From NCBI GenBank assembly GCA_000934665.2, contig KZ538200.1, positions 62,001-103,344 of the forward strand: DNA of 41,344 nt, read 5' to 3'. The translations under genes and the position numbers were made by a program. The notes under the pieces are model-generated. The model did no database searches, had not been told where the DNA came from, and was given only the letters and a program-made list of their open reading frames with translations. Source of the DNA: Catajapyx aquilonaris (taxonomy: Eukaryota). Positions 1 through 12,000 of the stretch are shown one piece after another. Within the stretch, counting starts at the first letter, position 1, and each line of letters starts with the position of its first letter.

Positions 1-3000
1 ATTTCCGCAGTTCCTCCACCTAGTTCAGACGGACTCTCCCCACGGTAGTACGACTCTGGGGAAGTGCGGAAACTCTTCTGGTCCTTGTAAAACAGCAGTT
101 GTGTGCCCTTTAGCACTACATAGATCTTGTCCCAAGATCTAAGAAAAGCAGAAAATTGATGTAGTCGGGAAATTCAAATTGGCATAGGCATACTTCAAAG
201 CTGAATGAATACCTATTAGTTGCTTTTTTGGTGGTGTTCTCCCATTCATGTTTCCTCGACAGAATACCTTCCATGATCTCTTCTTGGTCTCTTGTGCCTG
301 GACTTGGACGCTCTGAAATTGCGATAATGGTGATCACTTTGGGTTCCACAGCATATGGAAAATGTCACTCATGAGGACCTCATTTTCCTCAATTTTCAAA
401 ATAATACAAAGTTACACTTAGTCGCCTGAGCTGAAAATGTACAAAATTAGTGTCCAGCAGTTATTCAGGGATGATGTCCTGCAATAAAAAATGCATTAAT
501 GAGCACCGGCACATCAACAGATACAAAGGAAGCTTGCACTACCTATAGGACGTCACAATGTATCAAAAGCATGCTTTCCTCTAATCCATGCTTCGCTTCA
601 AATGCACACTTCACACTACAAAAGCACCAACACTCTTACTGAAAAAATTTCTTACCTCTCACCAATTCTTGTAAAATTTAGATCCCCTTTCCAATCACCA
701 AAACCGCCACCTTTGTAACTCATTAAAAAATGGGGCCTCGTATGGTTTTCTAAAGGGAGGGACTGACCGTTTCGACCTTACCTAATGCCCTTTCCAGATT
801 GGACTCATCGTCACTGACGCTTCCAGGCGCAGTGGTGGGTGACTTTGGCTTCTTCCAGCGGAAGCTTCGGAAGGGGGACTTTGAGCGTGCTCGAGACTTC
901 TTCTTTGACTCCTTAGCACTGCTTGGAGTAGCTGTGATTCGAAGGGGGCAAATCGACTCTCTTTTATTCAGACAAACCTTTTTTTCTTCAGTCACACTGA
1001 ACCACCACCCACCATGACCACTGCGAATTCCATTTTCCCTTTCCATCACTTACCTAAGGAGTGTCAATGAAGATAGTCCCATACACCACATGTTTGCATG
1101 CACTTCAAAAGACGGCACATACGTGAAGTTATCCCTTTTCTACATGCTTTTACCCCTCCAATGAGATATTCACTTTACAGAAAAGCTTTTTCTCTCTTTA
1201 AAATTGCAGGTTAGTAGCTAGCGTTTCCAGTCACTTCACAGTGACTAAGCCAAATATGCAGGACTCATCACAAACCCCCAGCAATATTAATTTCCTTCTG
1301 CTAAACTATTTAGCATTCCCTTGTTTTTCCAAGCTCGCACCCACATCTCCATTTTCCAAGTACTCACTCTTGTCCGGAGGGAATGACTTGGGGCTTGTAG
1401 GTGACTGGGGAGACCGAGGGGAGGTTGGTGTCGAAGCCTCTGATCTTGGCGACTTGGGCATTCTCACAGCATGCTCTAAAAGGGTACCAGGATCGTGCCA
1501 TGCAAAAATAGGAGTAAATATTCATTGCAACTGATAAGTAGTCATGCCACGGGCTGCAGGCATACCTCGAAATACATGCCATGCTGCAGTGTAATGACTA
1601 AAATGTCGCTATAACTGATCACCATGCTACGCCACTACTTACACACAGATGCAAAAAATATCATGTTTAATTCGTTTTCAAATTTGCCAATGTCAGGGTG
1701 TTTGCTATTGAAATTCACTTTACAGTGATACATATTTGACGGATCATTGTAATTGCAAGACTAGACATGGTCACAAACTAACATCTAGACGTATTACTTT
1801 TGTGCACAAATGATAGCAAAATTTTTTCATATTTTTTTTACTTCACGTCTTTTGCATCATAAGTGTAGAAAATGAACTACAACACCATTTCTCCTTAACT
1901 ACAAAAGCTTTGTTCATGCAAATGCAGTGATCAAATACTCTTAAGCTATAAATGTAAGTGCAAACTATGGAACCTTAATGGAAATGACTCTGTACACTGT
2001 AAAGTAATGCAATTCATTTACCTGAAAGGTAATAATATTATTAGTACACTTGATGGACATGGACTGAACAAATTGTGCACAGCAGACAGGTGAAAGATAT
2101 TGAAGGTATGGTCCAGAAGCCCAGTTGCAAGGCATTGTTGATGATATTGCTTCCACATAATTATGTACTTACTGAATTGCTGCCAAACACAGGACATTAC
2201 CCCAGGTCCTGGAATATTACTTTGGCTCCACAGGTCCCCGATTTGAGATTTCAGTTTGAAACCCACAATTTCTTAAAACACGATCAGAGTAGCATTTATG
2301 TTTTCCAGAAACTGCCATTTTATCATGAACTGACTCGGCTATCGATAAATTAAGACATTGTTCATTAAAATAGTTACGTGCAACATAATCAGCAACACCT
2401 TGTAATGAACACAATATATTCAGTGCAGAAGGTGATCCACATATCTAGACACTTGCATACAAACTTGGCATAGACTTCTGCACTGAATAATTTCACACTT
2501 GCACCCCCTAGAAACATTGCAAAAGCAAGATAAGTTCCCAAAACTGCGGCTCTCGCTGTGGAAGAAACAGACACTAAAGAAGTAGTTAGAAGTAGTACTA
2601 AAAATCTAAACATCGACTACTATCTGCCAACTACATGTGAAAGACAGTCAGAATATGAAGGAAATCTACGTTCTTTTTCTTTTCCTAATTTCCCCTCCTA
2701 AACCCCACCCCGACAGTCCTCAGATAAGAGAAAAAGACTTTGCTCCCAACCTTACCTTCCTTAGGAGCTGCCCTCTCGGGCGGAGAAGCAATTTTGGTGG
2801 AGGGCTTTCGTTGGGCAGCTACCCAGTCAAGGAGGAGGAGGGAGAGAGAGAAACAGACATGGATACAGAACCCATGCAACATGCCATCATTGTTACTTTT
2901 TTCCCTCAACTTACTCTCCCAAAACACCTCAACTCCTCAGAGCTCAACAAGCGCATCGTGATGTATGCAAATTGTGTGTTGCATATGAGGATATCATGAC

Positions 3001-6000
3001 ATAAGGTCTTTTTTCCTTTCTCAAAAGCCAAAAAGCACAATACATCACAGACGACACTGGCACACCACAGAAAAATAAAGAGTGCATGAAACTCGCTTCC
3101 CAGAACAAGCGAGTGTACTCAAGATGCAAGTGATTCACACTTGTGCACCACACCTTGTGACCATACTGTGAGAGTGAATGTGCACCTTTAAGATATACCC
3201 TAATCCCTTACAGAGCATGTGTGTGAATAGATCAAGGTGGAAAAGAGGGACGGCCTCACCTTCTGTTCCTTCTGTGACACCTTCCTTGTCGCCATTGAGC
3301 TGCCCTGTTCCCTCGGGGGACCTCTCTCCATCCAGCCTGTCTGTCCCCTTCTCATCTGGGGACATGTGTGGGGAGGCTGCCTTTCTGGCCAACTCCTCCT
3401 GCCTCCTCTTTTCCTCCTCCTCTTCTTCCTGGCGTCGCTTCATTTCACGAAGCTCATACTGTGAAATATAAATTGCGTTATCAGAAATGCAACACCAGCA
3501 GCAGAAAGATGTGGAGTATTGGAAGCATGACTGTGGTGTGGATGCCAACTTCAACCCTGCCCTGCTGTAATGCAGAACTGAAATATTTTTATTGGATGTT
3601 TGAAGCAATGCAATTCCACTGACCGTGGTGAGGCGTTCAAGTGCTGCAAATCTTTCCTCCTGAGCAGCTGCAGACTTTTCAAAGGCTTCGTGCTTCTTGA
3701 TCAGATTCTCCACCTCATCTATAGTGTGCTGTAAAAAATAATAACAAACATTAGAAGTCAACCTCATGTTCCTAAGTCCCATGGAAAGAAAATCTTACCC
3801 CAAGTTCCTGACTGAGTAAATAGGGTTCTTGTGCTACCAGCCACGCCTCAGCCACAGCAGCATCCCTTGCAAACTGGTACACCTCAAGTATGAGCTGCAG
3901 ATGTTCCCACCGTTCCTCCCAGCGGTGCAGCATGCCATTCCTCTGGTTGGTGAGACCCACCAGCTTGTCCTTGATCTCGTTTGAGGCATAGTGGTTTCGA
4001 GACAGCAGTTCCTTCCCCAGGCTGATGCAGGCAGTGAAGTTGTCCTCCCGAGCATCAATCTCTGCTTTCAAACTCTGATGGTTGTTCATCAAGAGTTCCA
4101 CGCCACTCACATCCCTAGAGTTGTCAAAAAATGTTTGATAAAATGCAACAAACTTTAATCACCACTTGCAATTTAATTGCACAACTTCATGCATTAGAGA
4201 CTAATAAGCTTGGTTTTCTTACCTCGGCTTCTCACTGGTGTTCATCTGTCGGACAACGTCATCCATCCATAATATAAGTGTGCGCACCATGTTGAAGAAC
4301 TTGAAGAGGTCGCCAGTGTCAAGCAATTTCATCTTCCTGGCCTCACACATCCTCTGGAGGTTCATCCAGGCTGTCACCACTTCTCCCTCTCGGTTGGTGA
4401 TTTCCTTAGCTTTTTCACCCGCATATGCTGCCTGCAGCCCAGCAGAATCGTCCTGAATCTGCTGCACTTGGCTCTGGAGGGTTAGAAGATCTTGCACAAA
4501 GTTCTGGTGCTTTCGCTGTAGTGCAGACACTGATCCAGCATCACGCCCCAGCTCATCAGACATAGCATTCTGCTTCTCCAGGATCCGGCCAAGAACATCT
4601 TTGCAGTCATGGAAGAACTTGTGCAGTTCCCTGGATGCTGCCAGCATCTGTGTCCGGGTGTTGATAAGCTCAAGGAGGTCATCCCATGCTTCATTCAAGC
4701 CATCCTTCCACTCAGCGATGGTGGCTGCATCTGAATGTCCAGCACCAATAAGTTGGTCAGCAATCTCGTTGACAGCAGCAACTCGCTCAGTTCCGATGGT
4801 CTCAGTGTCACGGGCAAACTCCTTGAATCTCTCCCACAGCAGTGTGACATGGTCATAGTCCTGTCCCAACTCATGTGACCCTGCCACAACCTCCCTTTCA
4901 GCTATCCACTGCTCCAGGTCGTCCACCTCGCGGTTCAGCATAAACAGTTTGAGAGCCTCATCCAGCTTGGCACGCCGTTCCTGGGCCAGGTCCTTCAGGC
5001 CAGCATAGAGCTTGTCCACTTGCGACTGTTTGACTGCTATCTGATCAGAATCTGGATGACCCTCCCCAATCAGTTGTCGGGCTGTCTCTCCTAACTGACG
5101 AATGGTCTCAGCATAGTCTTCCACTGCCACTTCCAAGCCTTCATGCTTCTTCATCAGGTTCTGGGCTGAGATCTCATCCTTCCCACGATCCTCCACCATC
5201 ATGTACAGCTCCTGCTCACTCATCCAAGCCTCTGCTTCACTTGCATCAAAGAAGTACTAAAGAATGAGAAAGTAAATGAGCATCACATGATGCAGTTCAC
5301 AAGCAAAGTCGTACAAAATTATTGAGAAAGGACAACAATCACAAAGATGCAGTGTCCATTGCAATTTAAAACGTTCATCTAAAATCTACCTGTTGTGCTT
5401 TCTCTGACTGCAGTAGCTTGTTCTTGCGATTTTCAACAGCATCTTTAAGCTCCTGCCACTTCTCCAGCAATTCTTCAATCAGCTGCTGGAACACAGGTGA
5501 GTCTTCATGGCCCTCATCCACCAGTTTCTGCCCATTGTTGCAGATGAAGTGGATGCGCTGCTCATGATTATCGATCTCAGTGCGCAGGGACTGAAATTTA
5601 ATTAAATCACATTATTAACTTGTATAATATGGTATAGTGTAATCTATACCATACTTGCTTTTGCCTTTATTAAAACCTTGTACTCCAGTGTAATCTTTCC
5701 AAGCCAATATGGTGCCATTTTGTTATCAGAAATATTGCTTTTTCCAAAACTGCATTTTTAATTACTAATATTGACATTAGTTTAGGTTTAGATTAGTTCG
5801 CATAAACCATAGTAGTGACAGAATATTTACTCTGATGTCATTTGAACTTTCAAAAGGATTTAGGTTTCATAGTGCATAAAATTGCCTATTTCATGGTTTT
5901 GGGAACTATTTTGCCTATTCTGGCTTTTTGCACCTTTTCATGCCTAATTGGCCGTTTTTTGGCATAGGTTTTGAACTTTTTGAAGCAATTTCAGGACTTT

Positions 6001-9000
6001 AGAGGCCTATTCTGTGTACCCAAGAGATTATCTGAATAAATAAAGCCAAGTCTTACCTGGTTCTTCTTTTTCAGCATGTGCACATTAAATAGGCTGTTTC
6101 CATATTCGATGGAATTGGCTTGTGGCATTTTCTCTCTTATCCATAGCTTCTCATCCTCCACATCGCGCCTGAATTGGAAGGCCTCCTTGTTCTTGAGCAA
6201 CTGGGACTTGAGGTCGACCAGAGGGGCTTTGAGCTGATGGAACCTCTCCTCCACCTTGACCTTCTTCTCCTTGATCTCGTGGGTCTTCTCTGGGGCAATG
6301 GTCTGCAGGTGCTCTGCTTGGCTCTCCAGTTCTGACACCTGCTTGGCCTTCACTGCCATCTGGGTTTCGATCATTTGTTGCTTTTGCATCAGGATGTTTA
6401 CTGAGGCCAAGTCCATGCCAGTGTCTCCGGCACTGATTTGCTTCTCCAGATCGTTCATCCAGGTGTCGATGTCATCACATGTTTGTTCATACAGGACCTA
6501 AAAACATTTGTGTTTTTAACATACGACTCATTCAGCTACATGAATTAGTAGTAGTACTGCGGTAATTCAAAATGTACTTGACGCTGTTCAAGTAACATCA
6601 GCAAGACACATGAGCAACGAAACAAATTAATTTTTGCAGCAGTTTGATATGTAATCAAGTACTGTATGTTTTTCCTTTGCCACATTTCCTGCCCTTGCAT
6701 TTTAATTGTGATTTTAACGTGTGATAGGACCAAGCAGTAAATAAGATGCAGATTATAGGAATGAAAACTAAGCTGATACAGCTGTGTCATAAATACTAGT
6801 GTTAACTCAAACCTAATTTTAAAGATTCCTGCTATGATCTATTACAAAATTTGCTCACACATACAAAAAAAAAACACAACTACTAACCTGTCTGTTGGCA
6901 TCGAAGAGCCTCTCTCCCTTCTCCTTAGTGGTCCTCTCCAAATCTTCGAACTGTTGGCTAAGCTCTTGTGTCTTAGGCACAACAGTGTCACCCATCTCTG
7001 GCTTCTCCTTCATCAGCTCTTCACCAGCCTGAGAAAACAATTACCTTACTTATGAACTCTGTCACAACTGTAAATAAAATTATCTAAAATTAGTCCTGAC
7101 CTGTTGTATGCGGTACAGCCTGTCCTTGTTGGAAGCAAGCTCAGCCTCAAATGCCTGATGACGAGTCCATTTGCTGTGAACAGTCTTTGCACTCCTGTAG
7201 GTCTCATCCTGTGCAATAATGTTCTTCTCCTGGATCCATTCTCCAAGCTCCTCGCAGTCCTGAAGGAATTGGTGCATTTGCAGTTGGTCCCTCAATTTCT
7301 CCATCTGCTGCAGGGCACGCTCACGATTGGAATTCCTACGCTCATTAATGTTCTCTGCCTTCTTGTGGATCTTATCAGCTGTTGGAAAAGTGAAGAAGGG
7401 AGTGACTAACTGTTTCAGACTTCTCACAGTGTAAGTCCGATATTTATACAGCACCTGCAAAGTGACCTTCGTCACAAAGGCGTCCAGCATATTGCACCAC
7501 AGCATTGATCTTCTCATCATTAGCCTCCACTGTTGTGAGGAAAGCCTCGTGGCGCTTGATCATGTTCTCTGCCTGTTCCAAATTAGTCTGAAATGCCATA
7601 TCATGAAAAGTTAGATACATGTCAAGAAATGAACATTAGCAAGTGCACATTCCCTAACACAAATCAACTGCATTAGTCACCAGTACATGTACATATCACT
7701 ACTGGTCACTGAGATTCTGCTACATCTTAATGGTTGAAAAATCAAATTGGCAACTCACTGGCGTCTCATCCTTGCTGAGCATGTGCTCTTGTTGTGAAAG
7801 CAGCACCTCCGCTTGCTTTGCATCCCGGAGGAACACTTGCAAGTTGAGGCTCTGGGACAACAGCTGCTGGCGGTTCTCCCACATCTGGTGCAACTCCTCC
7901 CAGCCATCCTTGAGAGCCTTGAGCCTCTCGCGCAAGAACATATATTGTGGGTCGTCTGTGATGGAGGGCTCCTGAAGATGAAAGTGGTTGTTGAGTGATG
8001 AAAAACTTATAAATACCATTTGACACTTACCGCTGTAATGCGCTCTCCATATTCCATCATGCGTGAGTAGTCCTCAGTGTAGTTGTCAATCTCCTCTCTG
8101 ATGCTCTGGTGCTGGCTGAGAAGCTTCTCTGCTTCAGCCAGGTTGGATGGGATGTCCTCAGAGGCTACATCTGTCTGGGTCTTTGTCAGCCATGTCTGGA
8201 AGTGGTCCAGGTCTCGCAGGAAGCGATGAAGATCACCAGCCTCTTCCAGGCGGGCATCACGCTCCTTCAGCTAAAATATTGGGATTAGCAAAATCATTAG
8301 TAAAGCAATATTTTAAACAATTAAAGAGTAAGCCTGGAAATATTCCTCACCATCTGCGTGAGCTGCTCCCAAACAAGACGTATCTGTTCGATGCGTTCAC
8401 GAATGAGTTGAGCCTCATCAGGATGTTCTTCCCCAATGCGGTCAGCTTCCTTCTCCAGGTCGTCTAACTTGGCCTGGATGGCAGCCAAGTCCCTCTCCAT
8501 GCTGGAAAGGCGTCGCTGGAGGGTCATGATACCAGACAGATCCATCTCCAAGCTGGCAGTGTCCTGAAGAATTCTCTTCTTGTCTTCGATCCATGAGGTG
8601 GTCTCTCTGCACTCGATGTGGAAAGTCTGGACCCCATGGGCTTGGTTGAGCTCTTCCCGCTTTGCCTCTGCCTTCTCCCGAAGTTCTGACCATCGGTGGT
8701 TCAACTGATTCTGTCGGGCAATGATCTCCTCAGAGTTAGGGTGCTCCACATGGAGCAGCTGTCGGGCCAGTTGGTTAACAACAGCCACACGAGAGGCATT
8801 GGCATTCATCTCCTTCTCGAATCCATCGTAACGATGCTTGAGAATCTCCACATCTTCGATATCCTTGGCAGGGACCATTGTGAGCAGCATACGTTCCTTC
8901 TCTCCAATCCATTGCTCGACACCATCTGCCTCGCTGAACAGTTTGTAGAGGGACAGGGCATCCAGCAGGCGCTGCTTGCGGAGCTTTGCCAGTTCAAGCA

Positions 9001-12000
9001 ACTCCTTGTATCGACGGTCAATGCTGGCCAGACGTTCAACCACCTGTTAACATAAATGTGTGTGTTACACATGACGCTTCTTATAATATACTGTCTGTCC
9101 TTCTCCATGATGTAGGTGAAAAATAACTCACTTCGGTGGAAGTACGATCCTGCTCTCCCAGTTGCTCTGCCTGTTGGTGGAGGGCATCAATTGTGGAGGC
9201 ATAATTCTTGAGCTCATCAGTTACGTCCTTGTGCTTCTTCAGGAGTGACTGTACATTGGCCTCATCTCTGCCCACATCCTCACTCGACACAAGGCGTAAG
9301 GTATCCAGCATCCAAGTGTCCACATCATCTGCATCTGCAAAGAACTAAAACCCAAAAAGCATAAGTTAATGGAGTATTGCAAGAAAAATAAATGAGATAC
9401 GGAGTGGCTTTATGAGAAACAGCTGGTATCAGGCATTTCTTTGTTAATAAGCTTTCAATCTGCTGTGCTACTTCATAATCTGCTTATGCATCAAAGTGCC
9501 TAAGACTTGGAAATATGAATGCATACCTGATGGAAATCGACAGCCTCATTGAGACGCTTCTTCCTGTAGTTGGAGAGGTCGAGAAGATGCTTCCACATGT
9601 CCTCGATTTCTTGGATGCGTTCCTGAATGCGGTCAGCACCAAAATGCTGCTGCCTGACCAGTTCCTCCCCAATGGAGATCCCTGACCTCAGCTGTCCCTC
9701 ATGCCCCAAGATCTCATTCTCCAGGGCTTTGTGCTTGGACAGCAGCAGATGTACAGTGGTCAGATCATGTCCAATGTCCCCTGTGCTCAGGATCTGTTCC
9801 TTCTCCTTGACCCAGTTCTCCTCCTCAGCCATATCCCAGTAGAACTGCCATAGTTTACGGCTCTCCTCGAGGCGTGTCCTGCGTTCAACAGCCAGTTTAA
9901 CCAGCTCCGCATATGCCTCCTCAAGTTGCTGTACACGCTCAATTATTATGCCAGGATCACATGGGCGATAACCTTCAGTGGTCTCCTCACCAATGAATCG
10001 TTGAGACTGCTGCACCACACCCTTAACGCGCTCCCCAAGCACATTGATATCGGCTTCCACCAGAGCATGCTTTTGGAGCAGGTCCTCTACACCCATCAGG
10101 TGCTTGCCATAATCATCAGACAGAAGGCGGAGCTTAAGCTCCTCCATGGAGTCCAATATGTACAACATCTCCTGGAAGGTCTGCTGCAGCTGCAAGGAGA
10201 GTTCCAGTCGCATGCGGCGAGCACGCAGGAGCTCCAGAAGGTAGTGCCAGAGACGAAGGACGTTTTCTTTCCTAGCAGTGATGCGGTTAATGTCATGATA
10301 ATTCTCTGCCTCAAGCTCTTGGGCAACTGCAACAACTGCCTGGACACGTTCTTCATAGGCAAATATGTCTGTCTCAATGGCCTCGTGCTTCTTAGCAGCA
10401 GCTTCAACAGCAGCAAGATCAAACCCAAAGTTGTCCTGGGACACCAGGCGCTGATTTTCACTCAACCAGGTCTCACGCATGCTGGCCTTGCGGCTGAAGC
10501 GGGCAGCAAGCTGCTCCAGCTTCTGCTGGCGGATCAGTTCCTCTCGTAGAGCCAGCTCCCTCTCATGCTCAGCCTTCTCCAGTCGTTCCCATGCCTTGTT
10601 GATATCTGAGATCATCTTACCTTCCTTGGGCAGGTATGGCTTTTGGTTATTGGCTCGCATGCGAGACTGGAGTGTGAACAGGAGGACTTCGAGGTTGCCC
10701 TTCTCATCAAATTTAGGGGGCTTCTCCACAGTACGGTAGTTGTTGAACTGGGACAGCTGCTGTTGAACACCCACTAGGGAATTGATGAACTGGCGGTCAC
10801 CCAGAGCACCAATGGTCGATTCGATCCACTTCAGGAGATCACTGGTCAGGGTCTCGTATTCCTGGATCATGCGGTCATTCTCCATGGCAATTCCAACCAC
10901 CTTGCTGATTCGCTTGCCCTGCACAGTCTCAGCCTTCAGCTTGGAGAAATAGTGATAATATGTGACAACATATGTAATGATAGACTTTTCATCTGGTTGG
11001 TCCACGAAGATGTCCTCTGCGTCCAATAACTTGGTGAGGCCCAACTTGGACTCGGCCACATTGAAAGCATTGTTCAGGTTGTAGATGGCATTTGACTTGG
11101 ACAGCTTGTCATACTGGATCAGGTCTGGACGGTGCTTGTGGATGATGGCATTGAAGGCCAGGCCATCTCGCCAGGAGGTGGTAAAGTTTCGGATGTTCAC
11201 ATTGTGGTAGCCGGCAGTCTTCATCTGGCACCAGAGGAGGAGAGCATCCTTGGCAGACTTGGTCTCCTGGTTGTCTGTCTCCTCGATGGTAATATCTTGA
11301 ATCTAAAAATTAAGAGGAATTATTAGAAACCTCACTCGTGTGACATAAAATGACTAGCACATACCTGGAACCGCAAGATGATGGTCCATATCAGCCCAAG
11401 GGTCAAGCGAGAACTTCCATCCACAATGTCGTGGGATCCCATGTTTTCTAAATGCACTCTTTGGTCTTTGAGGAACTGAAGAGCCTTGTCCACGTTCTCC
11501 AAGCAATGGATACGCATCTTGCCTTTTGTTGGCCTGGGCTGTGAGAAACATCTAGTCAGTTACATGTTCAAACACAAAATTTGCATGCCCGCAACAATCC
11601 TCACCAATCTTTCTCCCGATAAAACTTCCAGCAGCTTTATCAACATCTTTCCATCTCGCATATCCCCGTACAGGTCGGCAATGCGGCATGATACTCTCAC
11701 AAGATGAGAGTTCACCCATTTCGTGAAGGTTTTCTTTTGAACACTTTCTCGTTCATCTGTAAAAGATAATACCACTTCATGAATCCCATTTCAAGTATTT
11801 TATTCCCACAATCTGTAAGTCATAAGACTACCAAAAAGGAAGGTCCCATATGCTCCTGCCTAAAACATGACTCAGCCTGCTCAAAATTTGCATCCAAGCA
11901 GATGGTAACTTGAAAGCAGATCCCCCTCTGTATTGGAACTCTCCAGGAAATAACTTTTTCGAACCGCTCAACCTGGTGCCACAGAAAACCGTGGCCTTTA

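Noticed and set aside
3459..3623. Stop-free in-frame introns (this 165-nt one, and Vps39 36299-36367)
   Set aside because: Canonical splice sites and non-homologous translation; retention is possible but unsupported.
5870..6015. Degenerate repeat relics (GCCTATT motifs here; also 15298-15470, 25860-26000, 29750-29955, 32460-32595)
   Set aside because: Probably old MITE fragments, but no clear TIR pair or TSD could be defined.
7379..7454. Apparent frameshift in ORF 7080-7520
   Set aside because: Explained by a 76-nt phase-1 intron with a weak GTGCTG donor; not recoding.
9926..10549. 207-aa plus-strand ORF and other antisense ORFs over spectrin, Vps39 and H2A exons
   Set aside because: Antisense shadows of real coding exons.
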